A stretch of DNA of 64,000 bases from Candidatus Dojkabacteria bacterium (lineage in GTDB: Bacteria; Patescibacteriota; Dojkabacteria; J137): contig JAUZRK010000006.1 of assembly GCA_030950485.1 (NCBI GenBank), forward strand, positions 19,975-83,974. Direction: 5' to 3'. Shown in pieces: positions 41,133-51,564 of the stretch (positions are counted from its first letter, which is position 1; each line of letters opens with the position of its first letter). A model generated the notes under the pieces. It worked only from the letters and a program-made list of their open reading frames with translations, searched no databases and was not told where the DNA came from. A program made the translations under genes and the position numbers.

Positions 41133-42044
41133 ATGAAATATCAAGTTGTACTTTTTTACAAATATACAAAGATTGAGGATCCAGAATCAGAAATGGACTA
41201 TCAGATAAACTTATTAAAGAAACTGAATCTTTCTGCACGAATGATTGTAGCTGAAGAAGGGATTAATGGAAACTTTGAAGGAAGCCCTGAAAACACAGAG
41301 AAATACATAGAAATAATGAGTAAGAGAGAGGGATTTAAAGATACCCACTGGAAGAGAAGTGAAGGAAACGGAAATGCATTCCCAGGAATCAGAGTAAAAG
41401 TAAGACCTGAAATTCTTTCAATAGATCTAGGAGAGGAGGATTTTGATCCAAATGAAATTTCTGGAGATTATATTTCTGCGGAAGAATTACATGAATTATA
41501 TGAAAAGGGAGAAGAGTTTTATGTTGTAGATATGAGAAACGAATTCGAACATAAGGTTGGATTTTTCGATGAATCAATAAAAATGCCTTTTAAAGCATTA
41601 AGAGAACTTCCAGAAAAAATGGATATGTTAAATCATTTAAAAAATAAAAAAGTAATAACTGTTTGTACTGGAGGAGTTAAGTGTGAGAAAGCTTCAGGAT
41701 ATCTAAAAAAACAGGGATTTACTGATGTTCATCAACTTCATGGTGGAATTCATGATTATATTGAAAAGTTTCCTAATCAACACTTCAAAGGAAAGCTATA
41801 TGTTTACGATGGTAGAGTAGTAATGGGATTTGAGCTGGATGCACCAGAACATCAAGTTGTTTCTAACTGTGATAAGTGTGGAGAAACTTCTGATAATTAT
41901 GTTGACTGCACATATTTACATTGTAAAGGTCATAGGCATTTTGTCTGTTGTGACAACTGTTTAGAAAAGGACGGAACTGCATTCTGTTCAGATAACTGTA
42001 AAGAGCTAGCTTATGCAGATAAGAAAATATTTGTAAGACAGTAA
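41133..42044 (+). CDS. trhO: tRNA uridine(34) hydroxylase (UPF0176, rhodanese-related)
   Basis: LFYKY; VAEEGING; DMRNEFE..VG.F; CTGGVKCEKAS; Cys-rich C-terminus. Confidence 0.9.
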   Translation: MKYQVVLFYKYTKIEDPESEMDYQINLLKKLNLSARMIVAEEGINGNFEGSPENTEKYIEIMSKREGFKDTHWKRSEGNGNAFPGIRVKVRPEILSIDLGEEDFDPNEISGDYISAEELHELYEKGEEFYVVDMRNEFEHKVGFFDESIKMPFKALRELPEKMDMLNHLKNKKVITVCTGGVKCEKASGYLKKQGFTDVHQLHGGIHDYIEKFPNQHFKGKLYVYDGRVVMGFELDAPEHQVVSNCDKCGETSDNYVDCTYLHCKGHRHFVCCDNCLEKDGTAFCSDNCKELAYADKKIFVRQ

Positions 42045-42049
42045 GTTTA

Positions 42050-42433
42050 ATGACTTATATAACAATCACTTTAAGCGCATTATCCTTTATAGGATTTGCG
42101 CTTATTTTTTTAGGACTTTTTATACAAATTAGAATTTGGTCTAAAGATAAAAAATTAGAATCTCATAAAAATCATGAGACAACAGAAGAATTTCATTATT
42201 CAAAAGAGGATTTTACAGAAAGTAAAAGTGTAGATAAAGATATTTCAGATGGATCTATCTCTGCAACTTACTTTAAAGGGAAAGGAACTAGAATAGATAT
42301 GGGAGGTTCTATAGAAATGTATTATTTACTAAAGAATTTCAATTCTCCTGAGATCAAAGGCTGGAAGTTTATTTTTATAGGTTTTTCAATAGTGTTTCTA
42401 TTTTCTTTCCGGCTATTGCTTCAATCTTTGTAG
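42050..42433 (+). CDS. Hypothetical membrane protein (3' end may continue to about 42582 across a frameshift)
   Basis: N- and C-terminal TM segments; hydrophobic frame continues downstream. Confidence 0.55.
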   Translation: MTYITITLSALSFIGFALIFLGLFIQIRIWSKDKKLESHKNHETTEEFHYSKEDFTESKSVDKDISDGSISATYFKGKGTRIDMGGSIEMYYLLKNFNSPEIKGWKFIFIGFSIVFLFSFRLLLQSL

Positions 42434-42578
42434 TTTCAGAAAAGAATTCGAATTATTCTATGATATTGTTTACCGTATCTTTACTAGTCCCTCTAATGTA
42501 CCCGTTTAAAGTAAGAAGTGCTTATAAAAAGAGTAAAGAGAGAGTACTAGAAACTACAGAAAATCAAGAATCAATCAG

Positions 42579-43277
42579 CTAAATAATTTTTAGTAAATCG
42601 ACAAGTCCTTCTATTCTATAAGTAGCTTCATTCATTTCATCTTCACTATATTCATAGAATTTATTCCTAATTAAGCAAGTATCTATCCCAAGCTCTTTTG
42701 GTGCAATAATATCGCCTTTTACATTATCTCCTATCATTAGCATCTCAGAAGGCTTAATGTGTTCATGTTTTAAAATATACTCAAACATTTCACAAGTTTT
42801 TTTTAATGATCCAATCTCTTCTGCTGTATAGATATAAGAGAAATACTTCGTAACCATCAATGAATTTAGCTTACCTAATTGAATATCAAAAGAGAAATCA
42901 GTAGCAACTACCAATTTATAACCTCTATTCTTAAGTTCATTTAGCGTTTCATATAAACCTTCTCTAGGGTTTACGTTTTCAAGAAAGATTTCCCAATACT
43001 GCTTGCTTATTTTCTCAATCCAAAACCAATCTATTTCGTATTCTAATTCATTAACCATTTCCGATAAATGTAGTGCCCTTATCGCAAGCATGTATTTCTC
43101 TGGTTGCTTTTCCTTTAATCCTGCTCTTGTTTTATTAAAAGCATGATCAAAAAGATCTTTATCTGTATGGTATTTCTGGAACCATTCTTCATAAAGCCAT
43201 TCATAAGCTACCCGCCAAGGCTTTGTTCCATCATTTAAAGTATCATCAAGATCAAATGCAATTAGTTTGTATTTCAT
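42579..43277 (-). CDS. HAD-superfamily hydrolase
   Basis: FDLDDTL; MIGDN..GDI..PKELG. Confidence 0.9.
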   Translation of the reverse strand: MKYKLIAFDLDDTLNDGTKPWRVAYEWLYEEWFQKYHTDKDLFDHAFNKTRAGLKEKQPEKYMLAIRALHLSEMVNELEYEIDWFWIEKISKQYWEIFLENVNPREGLYETLNELKNRGYKLVVATDFSFDIQLGKLNSLMVTKYFSYIYTAEEIGSLKKTCEMFEYILKHEHIKPSEMLMIGDNVKGDIIAPKELGIDTCLIRNKFYEYSEDEMNEATYRIEGLVDLLKII

Positions 43278-43341
43278 AAAAGGATTTTAAGCTAGTCAGT
43301 ATACCAGTAAGTTGAACTAGCGAAAAGGTAGCGGTAAAACA

Positions 43342-43385
43342 AAGTAATTTATAGTAACTAATTACTCAGTTACTATAAATTACTT
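43342..43385. repeat. 18-bp perfect inverted repeat downstream of pyrG
   Basis: AAGTAATTTATAGTAACT-N8-AGTTACTATAAATTACTT. Confidence 0.75.
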
Positions 43386-43445
43386 AATTACAGGATTTTA
43401 ATTCTAATTTCCAATTCACTCTCTTCACGCCTAACTCGCTACCCC

Positions 43446-45119
43446 TTAACCCTTCAAACTCGCTCTTATAAACTCATTAAAAATAGGATGTGAATTTAAC
43501 GGATACGATTTATATTCTGGATGAGCTTGAGTTGCTACGAAAAATGGATGTACTGATTTTGGTAACTCTATCATTTCTACAAAAAAGTCATCAGGTGAAG
43601 CTCCACTAAATACTAAACCAGCTTTCTCAAATTTCTTTCTAAATTCATTATTAAATTCATATCTATGTCTATGTCTTTCACTTACTACAATATCTCCATT
43701 TTTATTTTCCTTTTTAATATGAGTCTTATCTGTTTTATAGATTTGATGAGCTATAGTACCTTTTTTAATTACACAATCAAAAGAACCTAATCTCATTGAA
43801 GTATCTTTACCTTTAATAGTCTGATATTTCTCATCAAAAGGAATACTATGAATAATCATATTCTTAGATTTTGGATTAACTTCCTCAGCATGGGAATCTT
43901 TTAGATTAAGAACATTTTGAGCATACTCAACAGCAGCTAATTGCATTCCATAACAAAGTCCAAGATATGGAATCTTATTTTCTCTGGCAAATTTAATTGC
44001 TTTTAATTTTCCAGGAATTCCTCTGTTCCCCCAACCAATCGGAACTATAATTCCATCAACACCTTTGAGTAATTCCTCAACCATATCTTCTGATTTTTCT
44101 GAATTGATAAGTTGATATTCAATCTCAGTACCAGTCTCAATTCCTGCAAATTCTATCGCATGCATTAAGGCATGGTATGAATCATTTAGATGAGAATCTC
44201 CTGTACCAAAATACTTACCAACAATAGCTATCTTAGTTTTATTCTTTTTAACTCTATGAATTCTTCCAACAAATTCTTGCCACTGATCTAAATTAGCTTT
44301 TGGCACTGTTTTAACTCCAAAAAACTTTAATATTTTCTCATCAAGTTTCTGTGCATGAAGATGCAAAGGCACATCATGAATATCAGGAAGGTTCTCCGCT
44401 GAAATTATATGTTCTTCTGGTATTCCAAATTTTAATGCAAACTTGTATTTTCTTTGATCATCAATTGGTGATTGAGATCTTGCTACAAAGAAATCAGGTT
44501 CAATACCCATACTCATTAAATCTCGAACTCCAAATTGGGCAGGTTTTGTTTTAGGCTCTCCAATATGAGGGGGTTGTAAAATATATGAAACATGAATATT
44601 GGCAACTGGATACTTTTTAGACATTAATCTGGCTGCTTCATAATACAGTCCATTATTATTCTCGTATTCACCTACAGTTCCACCAAGCTCAATAATAGCA
44701 AAATCAGCTCCTTTAGATGATTCCTCAATTCTTCTTATAACTTCATTAACAACGTGAGGTATTGGTTCAACATCTTCTCCGTCATAAAACATATTCCTCT
44801 CATTTTGTATTACCTTTAAGTATAACTGCCCCATAGTCATGAAATTTGGATGACCAACTTCCTGGCTTAAAAACCGTTCATAATTTCCAAGATCTTGATC
44901 GCCTTCTAGTCCGTCATTACATAGGTACGGATCTCCGTGCTCGATTGGATTAACTGTTCCAAAATCCCAATTCAGGTTATTTTCACATTTTATCGGAACT
45001 ACATTAAACCCCCTTTGTTTTAGTAAAAAAGCTATTGAAGCAGAAGTTATTCCTTTACCAACAGCGGAAATAACTCCTCCAGATACAAAAATATAGTTAG
45101 TCTGATTTGAAGAAGACAT
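43446..45119 (-). CDS. pyrG: CTP synthase
   Basis: GGVISAVGKG; ELGGTVGE; KTKPAQ; GLCYGMQ; ERHRHRYE; QAHPE. Confidence 0.97.
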   Translation of the reverse strand: MSSSNQTNYIFVSGGVISAVGKGITSASIAFLLKQRGFNVVPIKCENNLNWDFGTVNPIEHGDPYLCNDGLEGDQDLGNYERFLSQEVGHPNFMTMGQLYLKVIQNERNMFYDGEDVEPIPHVVNEVIRRIEESSKGADFAIIELGGTVGEYENNNGLYYEAARLMSKKYPVANIHVSYILQPPHIGEPKTKPAQFGVRDLMSMGIEPDFFVARSQSPIDDQRKYKFALKFGIPEEHIISAENLPDIHDVPLHLHAQKLDEKILKFFGVKTVPKANLDQWQEFVGRIHRVKKNKTKIAIVGKYFGTGDSHLNDSYHALMHAIEFAGIETGTEIEYQLINSEKSEDMVEELLKGVDGIIVPIGWGNRGIPGKLKAIKFARENKIPYLGLCYGMQLAAVEYAQNVLNLKDSHAEEVNPKSKNMIIHSIPFDEKYQTIKGKDTSMRLGSFDCVIKKGTIAHQIYKTDKTHIKKENKNGDIVVSERHRHRYEFNNEFRKKFEKAGLVFSGASPDDFFVEMIELPKSVHPFFVATQAHPEYKSYPLNSHPIFNEFIRASLKG

Positions 45120-45314
45120 AGATATTTGTTTTAAAAGATTATGGGTATACCTATTTATGTAGAGGTATTGTAAATATTACTAGAAAAGTTTACTAAGGTC
45201 TAGTGAAGAGATTAAAATTTCTAGAAAGTAAGTGGTTAATACTTTTAATTATTCAAGATGAACTTGAATCTAGGAGAAAAATATTTCCTGTACAATAAAA
45301 ATTAAACTCAATGA

Positions 45315-47246
45315 TTAGATTGTATCTCCATATCTATTTAACATGTTTGTAAGATCTACAAGATCGATATCGCCAGATGAGTTTGCGTCTATATTAGAAC
45401 ATTCTCCAGACTTTAAATATATTTTAATATTTTGCGAACCTCTATTTTCAGGAACATTAAAATATTTAGTAACTACAGATCCATCTGAAAGAGTTATGTT
45501 TATTTTATATTGTCCGTAGAAACCTCTAAATGAATATTGTCCATTTGTATCTGTCACTGCAGTATTAATATTTGTTGTCCATTCTTCTCTAAGTGAAAGA
45601 TACGCCTCTCCAGCTGCATTCTCATTAAAGTTTTCATCTACCCAAGTTGTATTTATCCCTCTCCATTGTTGATTTGGAGTGAACCCCCAGTTAAAAATGC
45701 CATTTACATCTTTTCTTGAGAAAGCAATTTTATAGAACCTTCTTACATTTTCAGCCCTAAGATCAATATTTTCCATAACCGTATCAAACTCAGTAATCCA
45801 AATTGGTAGACTTACTCTACGATTCACCTCATCAAATCTATCGATTGTAGTAAGTGGATTAACAATATATTCATCAGGAAAATGGGCTTGAAAAGCTATT
45901 CCATCAGCTCTTAAATTCCTGTCATTTACTAAGTAGTCAGTAACATTAAGGTGATCATCAATGTTACTTCGTCCGCCAAGTGTTCCAGAATCACTTATAA
46001 TATATTGAATATCTGGAGCTATTTCTTGCGGTCTACCATACATATAATCATAAAAGTCTTCTCCAAATCTATCGATAAAACCAGCATGAGCATTTCTAGT
46101 TACATGTATTGTTGTAACAAGGTTTTCAACTCGTCCGTTAAGTTCTGGAAGTAAACTAGTTAAGTAATCTTCATATTTATCTTTGATTTCTTGATCACTT
46201 AAATTACTAATCCAGTCATTATTAACAACTAAAGCTCCGTTAAATAGAACCTGACCAAATACATACATGTCTTCATCCTCAGTGAATTTTAATTTGGATT
46301 CTCTACCAATTGATATATTTGGGTTATCTCCGTTCGGATAATTCTCTCTATAAATAATATCGAATTTAAAATTAACTATCTCATTAAATGCATTATAGTT
46401 TTCTGCAATATAGTCGTAGTAAGCTTGATTAGTCGAGATTGTGTTGCCTCCATTTAATGCAGGACTGATGGTTCCAAATTTAAAATCATTTTCAACTTGT
46501 TCTATAGAAATATCAGCACCAACTAAATTTGACCCATCTTCATTAATAAATTCTAGATTAAAGTTACCTTTTCTATTCTGATCTATTAAAGCATCAGTTA
46601 TAACTTCCCAATCAATATAATCAGTTTCACTAATTCGGATATCATCTATTCCTAATTTTAAAAAAATATCTGAATTAACTTCAAAAAATGAAGTATCTAT
46701 ACTTATTGATACATCTTGATATTCAGTATTATCAAAAGCATATCTTCCACCTAAATCTGTCCATTCACCACTTCTAGAAATTCTACTATCTAAAAGATAT
46801 TGTTTTACATCACCGTTTAAATCAGTTGTAATCAACCTTAGAGCTATTGTATCTCCTTTAGCAGCTCTCTCTATATTTGGTCTATATTCTAATTTAAATC
46901 TTAAAGAGAAATTAAGAGTTTTATTTTTATAATTTGTATCTGATATATTAATATTAACTCCATTAGTTTTATTCAAATCACCAATTAAATTCCAGAAATA
47001 ATTACCATCTACTGCTTCAACATTCGTAGTGGTATAGTTTCCATATGGAGCAATGTTAATATTATTAGAGAGTGTTAATTCACCATCTTCAAAATTTTCT
47101 GTGTATATTTCTATTCCTGCATTATTAAATTCTGTACTTGCATCAGAATCTTCTACCTCATTATTTTTCCTAGTTTCAAACCCTAAGTAGACAATGAATC
47201 CAACCAAGCTGGATAGTAATAATAATATTAATAATTTTCTAATCAT
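45315..47246 (-). CDS. Secreted GH10 (xylanase-like) protein with N-terminal CBM-like domain and C-terminal dockerin-like motif
   Basis: N-terminal TM; ID..RKG; F.FG; DGIAFQAHF; PIWITEFD; WGF; FRGFYG.Y; DANSSGDIDLVDL. Confidence 0.8.
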   Translation of the reverse strand: MIRKLLILLLLSSLVGFIVYLGFETRKNNEVEDSDASTEFNNAGIEIYTENFEDGELTLSNNINIAPYGNYTTTNVEAVDGNYFWNLIGDLNKTNGVNINISDTNYKNKTLNFSLRFKLEYRPNIERAAKGDTIALRLITTDLNGDVKQYLLDSRISRSGEWTDLGGRYAFDNTEYQDVSISIDTSFFEVNSDIFLKLGIDDIRISETDYIDWEVITDALIDQNRKGNFNLEFINEDGSNLVGADISIEQVENDFKFGTISPALNGGNTISTNQAYYDYIAENYNAFNEIVNFKFDIIYRENYPNGDNPNISIGRESKLKFTEDEDMYVFGQVLFNGALVVNNDWISNLSDQEIKDKYEDYLTSLLPELNGRVENLVTTIHVTRNAHAGFIDRFGEDFYDYMYGRPQEIAPDIQYIISDSGTLGGRSNIDDHLNVTDYLVNDRNLRADGIAFQAHFPDEYIVNPLTTIDRFDEVNRRVSLPIWITEFDTVMENIDLRAENVRRFYKIAFSRKDVNGIFNWGFTPNQQWRGINTTWVDENFNENAAGEAYLSLREEWTTNINTAVTDTNGQYSFRGFYGQYKINITLSDGSVVTKYFNVPENRGSQNIKIYLKSGECSNIDANSSGDIDLVDLTNMLNRYGDTI

Positions 47247-47257
47247 TTATTGAAGTT

Positions 47258-47911
47258 TTACTTACCTATTATCTTACCTTGAATAGTTTTGAAAGCCAGC
47301 TCTACTTGAGAGTTTTGAAGAATAATTGTTAGCTCATCCCAAGTCGACACAACTTCAATAATGTTTATTCCTTCCCATGATAAAATTTGTAGTACATGCG
47401 AGATGATGCCTGGCTGTTCAATATGGCCAGCTTTTAATTTTATAGTCATTGAAGATAATTTACTCCATTCGGTTTCTATTTCTTCATTTTTAAGTGCTCC
47501 GATAATTTCATCTTTAATATCTAAGCTTGCTATTAAAGTAGTTTGCCAAACACCTTTAATAAAAGTTAAATAGGCATTTTCTGGAATCATTTTATAAAGC
47601 TCAGATATTTTAGAGTATAGAGTCTTTGAATTTGTATAAGTAATTTCAAAAAGACCAGATCTCAGTGAAATCTCACCATAATGTTTGGAAAAATCAGGGA
47701 GTTTTAAATCTTCATAGTGAATACTTTCTGAATATCTTTTTAATGCCATTAAAATTGAAGCCTCGCTAGCTGATTTCATAAGGCTTTGTTCAATTTTCGG
47801 CTTTATTTCTCTAGAATAAGCTGACAGATTTAATAGACCTTTAGAAATTGCATCTTTAATAAATACAGATCTTTCAACTATTTCTTGTACTTTTGTAGGT
47901 ATAGTAGTCAT
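47258..47911 (-). CDS. ACT-domain regulator (family often mislabelled 'aspartate kinase')
   Basis: GLLNLSAYSR; MALKR; PG....L..L...GINIIEVVST..ELTII; no kinase domain. Confidence 0.75.
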   Translation of the reverse strand: MTTIPTKVQEIVERSVFIKDAISKGLLNLSAYSREIKPKIEQSLMKSASEASILMALKRYSESIHYEDLKLPDFSKHYGEISLRSGLFEITYTNSKTLYSKISELYKMIPENAYLTFIKGVWQTTLIASLDIKDEIIGALKNEEIETEWSKLSSMTIKLKAGHIEQPGIISHVLQILSWEGINIIEVVSTWDELTIILQNSQVELAFKTIQGKIIGK

Positions 47912-47947
47912 GTTAATATTTTAACATATTATTGTTTTTTTGAACAA
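47910..47947. promoter_or_regulatory. Palindrome ATGTTAA-N4-TTAACAT plus a weaker TGTT..AACA copy at the ACT regulator start
   Basis: 47910-47927 and 47933-47946, in the divergent intergenic region. Confidence 0.5.
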
Positions 47948-48018
47948 ATATTCTAGAAATTTCCTATAGATAGCAACATCAACTAAAATCATCTCAGTTT
48001 ATTTTTATATTGTAATTT

Positions 48019-49143
48019 ATGATTCAAGACAACATGACAACGGCAGGATATAGTCAATCACTTTCAAGTGAATGGAGTAGAGTAAGCTTTGAAAGAGATA
48101 AGGCAATAGATACAGAAGTAAAAGGCGAACAATATGAAGTATATGAGGTTGTAGACGAACTTTGCAACAGGGAACTAGAAGAAAATAGGAGGGCAACAAA
48201 AAGAATTTTTATTAGAGGAATAGATAATCTAGATTATTTATTAGGATTAGAAGCAGCTTTTAATACAAAGTTTGTAGAAGGAGTTATAGAAGTAGATACG
48301 AACGATTACGGGGATACCCTATATCAAGTTTATATTGGTATAAATTCTGATCAAAGAGAACCAGATTCAGCTGAGTTATTAGAAAGTGAAAACAATGTAG
48401 TTAATGCATACTTTAGAGATGAATATGAAAGAACTACAAATATTACAACTTTTGAAAGAAAAGAAAGAATACCAGATGTTGATTTGAGCTACTCTAATAT
48501 AAATATAGCAAAAAACTTTGAACCGATTGATAAAGAAAAAGGTCCATCAGAAGAGGAAATACTTTCAAGCGCTAATCTCTCAAGAGAAGACTTCGATCGA
48601 ATTATTGAAATTAATCATGCTTTTAGCTGGAGTAGGGAAGATGCACTTGCAATTATTTCGAATACAGATTCGATACTTGTAACATGTCGTTATGAAGGGC
48701 AAATAATCTCAACTGGTTTAGCAAATGTTGAGAGATACACTATATCAGAGAACGGTCAAATACGTGAGATTGTAGCAGTTGAATTAACAGAAGCAGCAGT
48801 TCATAATGATTTTAGAGGTCGTGGAGTTTATAGTCGCGTTGCAACTCAGGTAAAAATGGCTGCAGTAGAATTTGATCCGGATTTCACTTATGCTGAGTTT
48901 AATAGTGCATCAGAAAATAATGCTATGGCAGAAATAAATAGAAAAGATGGTAGACAAATTTTTGGACTAACTAATACTACAAGCCTATCTAGTAAAACAC
49001 TTAGACTATTTAACGGAGTTAGGTTTTTAAGACACCACGTAACAATTGTAGATAGGGATGAGGTTGAAAGATTTAGAAATTTTTGTGTATCACACAATAC
49101 AAGAGCGCAGAACAGAAAACAATTTAATATAGTCGAAGCTTAA
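48019..49143 (+). CDS. GNAT-domain protein; C-terminal motif resembles beta-lysine acetyltransferases
   Basis: VELTEAAVHNDFRGRGV; YAEFN. Confidence 0.6.
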   Translation: MIQDNMTTAGYSQSLSSEWSRVSFERDKAIDTEVKGEQYEVYEVVDELCNRELEENRRATKRIFIRGIDNLDYLLGLEAAFNTKFVEGVIEVDTNDYGDTLYQVYIGINSDQREPDSAELLESENNVVNAYFRDEYERTTNITTFERKERIPDVDLSYSNINIAKNFEPIDKEKGPSEEEILSSANLSREDFDRIIEINHAFSWSREDALAIISNTDSILVTCRYEGQIISTGLANVERYTISENGQIREIVAVELTEAAVHNDFRGRGVYSRVATQVKMAAVEFDPDFTYAEFNSASENNAMAEINRKDGRQIFGLTNTTSLSSKTLRLFNGVRFLRHHVTIVDRDEVERFRNFCVSHNTRAQNRKQFNIVEA

Positions 49144-49150
49144 ATTCTAT

Positions 49151-50281
49151 ATGACAGATAAAATAACTGAGTTGTTAAGAAGTTTAGTAGAAATTAGATC
49201 TAGCTATCCTAATGAGAAAGAATTAGCAGATTATATTTTTACATTTCTATCAAATCAAAATGATATATCAGTAGATAAACAAGTAGTTGGAGGAGATAGA
49301 TTTAATATTATTGCGACAAGAGGAACTGGGACTAAGTCTATAGCATTCTATGCTCATTTAGATACTATAAATGTAGTTGACGGATGGAAAAGAGACCCAT
49401 TCAAACTAACTATTGAAGGCGATAGAGCATATGGGCTTGGTAGTTACGATATGAAGGGAGGAATGGTAGCAAATATAATCACTTTCCTAGAAACTGATAT
49501 TCTAGAAGATTATTATTTTAAACTTATTCTTTGTGTTGATGAAGAATATATTTCTAAAGGTGGTTACGCTGTAGCAAATAGTGATTTTGTCAATGATGTT
49601 GAATGTATATTTTCACCGGAACCAGCTTTTAAATATGGTTTGAACGGAATTACAATTGGAAGAGTTGGTAGATCTGTATTTGAAATAGAATTAAATCGAG
49701 ATTCAGCTCATTACAACTTTTATTCGCCAGATAAAGATTTAAATATACTTGCTAGTAAAATAATTCAGAACATAAACTATGCTACTTATAATGAACAATC
49801 TAGTGATGAAAGGCAATTTGTCTATGTAAGAAATTATGTGAGTTCCTCAGTAGGTATGTCAGTTCCTCAAAAGGTACTGATTGAATTAGATTCATCAATT
49901 ATCCCTCCAATGAATACAGAGGAAATGATTAGTTTAATAGAGAATATTATTAAAACAGAAATTAGTAATTTTGATAGCTCAATTAATTATGAAGTTAGAG
50001 CAAAGAGTAGAGTAACTCCATTCCTACAACCATATAGAATTGAAAAGGATAATAACTATTTAGAAAAATTAAAAAGAGCTGTTAATAATATTACTGGAGA
50101 AGAAGCAAAGCCATATTTTAGGTCATCTGTTGGAGATGATAATATTTTTGGAGCGCTGGGACATACTCTTTTAGGTATAGGACCAACTGGAGATAATGCA
50201 CATGCTCCTGATGAATGGGTAAGTATTTCATCTATAGAAAAATTGATCGAAGTATATATTGAATTTTTAAATCAACTTTAA
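49151..50281 (+). CDS. M20 ArgE/DapE-like deacylase/peptidase
   Basis: AHLDT; YGLGSYDMKGG; VDEE; GP....AHAPDEW. Confidence 0.9.
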   Translation: MTDKITELLRSLVEIRSSYPNEKELADYIFTFLSNQNDISVDKQVVGGDRFNIIATRGTGTKSIAFYAHLDTINVVDGWKRDPFKLTIEGDRAYGLGSYDMKGGMVANIITFLETDILEDYYFKLILCVDEEYISKGGYAVANSDFVNDVECIFSPEPAFKYGLNGITIGRVGRSVFEIELNRDSAHYNFYSPDKDLNILASKIIQNINYATYNEQSSDERQFVYVRNYVSSSVGMSVPQKVLIELDSSIIPPMNTEEMISLIENIIKTEISNFDSSINYEVRAKSRVTPFLQPYRIEKDNNYLEKLKRAVNNITGEEAKPYFRSSVGDDNIFGALGHTLLGIGPTGDNAHAPDEWVSISSIEKLIEVYIEFLNQL

Positions 50282-51345
50282 TGACATTAATTGAACTCTT
50301 AAAAGTCTTGCAAGTATTGATTCAGTATCTGGTGAAGAAAAAGAAATTTCTGATTTTGTAATTCAATATCTGACAAATCTAGGATTAAATCCAATTCAAG
50401 ATTCTAATGAAATGATCTATTGTAGAACTGGAAGCTCGAATCACCCAAAGTTATTCTGCGCACATCTAGATACTGTAGAACCAGGAAGAGGAGTTAGTAT
50501 AAAAGAAGAAGATGGTTATTTAGTTTCAGAAGGTAAAACCATTATTGCGGGAGATAATAAAGTTAATCTTGCTTGTATTTTATACTCTATAGGTAAGTTA
50601 ATTGAAGAAAATAAAGATGCTGATGTAGAACTTTTATTTAGTGTAAGAGAAGAAACAGATTCAGGTATTCAAGCAATAACTAGATCATTAATTTCTTCCA
50701 AAGTAGGTTTTGTTTATGATCTTGGAGGAGCTGGTAATTTCTCTGATGTTGTAATAAATGCGCCTACTATCTGGGATTTCAAAGTTGAAATAACTGGTAA
50801 ATCGAGTCATGGAGCTAGACCAGAAGAAGGTGTAAATGTTTTAGAAGGATTCTTAAATTTAAAAGGAAAATTAAAACTTGGAAGATTAGATAAATTTAGC
50901 ACTTTAAATATAGGAATCATCAGAGGTGGAGACGCTACGAATACAGTACCTGGGTTTTTAAAATTAGAAGGAGATATTCGAAGTACAGATTCTGAAATTT
51001 TTGAAGTTCATAAAAAAGAACTAGAAAAGACTTTAAAAAGTATAGAGAAAAATAACAATCTTAAAGTAAATTTAATATGGATTCCATATGCTTACGGATA
51101 TAGTTTAGACCTAGATTCTCAAAACTATAATAAACTTAAGCAGTTATACAAAGATGAATTTAATATCTCATTAAATAATAAAACTGTCACTTCTGGTAGT
51201 GATGCCGGATTCTTAAATTATATAGGTGTTGAAACATTTTGCTTAGGCTACTGTGTAGAAAACTCCCACTCTGTAAATGAAAGAATTAGAATATCTGATT
51301 TCACAAAACTCCAACAAATTGTGAAAAGTTAATGTTGGACTACTA
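50281..51345 (+). pseudogene. M20B peptidase T-like protein, frameshifted near both ends
   Basis: ATG at 50281 (..IDSVSGEE); AHLDTVEPG; GDNK; REE; GSDA; HSVNE. Core ORF is 50412-51332. Confidence 0.8.
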
Positions 51346-51429
51346 AACTATTTTATTAATAGCTTCATTGATGATAAAATCTGTCTGTGAAAACGACAAA
51401 TGTTAAAAAGAAGTCAAAGCTTATATAAG

Positions 51430-51494
51430 GTCTTTAGAAAGATTTTTAATTTGACGATTTCTAAAGACTCTAAATTATAAAGGAGTCTTTTTTA
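51430..51494 (+). promoter_or_regulatory. Candidate antiterminator/terminator pair upstream of lysS
   Basis: GTCTTTAGAAA/TTTCTAAAGAC (11 bp) overlaps AAAGACTC/GAGTCTTT plus a T run. Confidence 0.4.
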
Positions 51495-51564
51495 TTACAA
51501 AACTTTTATAGATTCTAGTTACTAGTCTCTAAACTTAAATACAAAATACTTTATACTAAATTAT

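Noticed and set aside
47258-47911. Aspartate kinase
   Set aside because: No amino-acid kinase domain; only a small N-terminal helical region and ACT-like domains.
11459-51345. Programmed frameshifting or mass pseudogenisation
   Set aside because: Breaks hit unrelated genes, mostly at homopolymers or short repeats, which is the pattern expected from uncorrected long-read errors. Reads are needed to decide.
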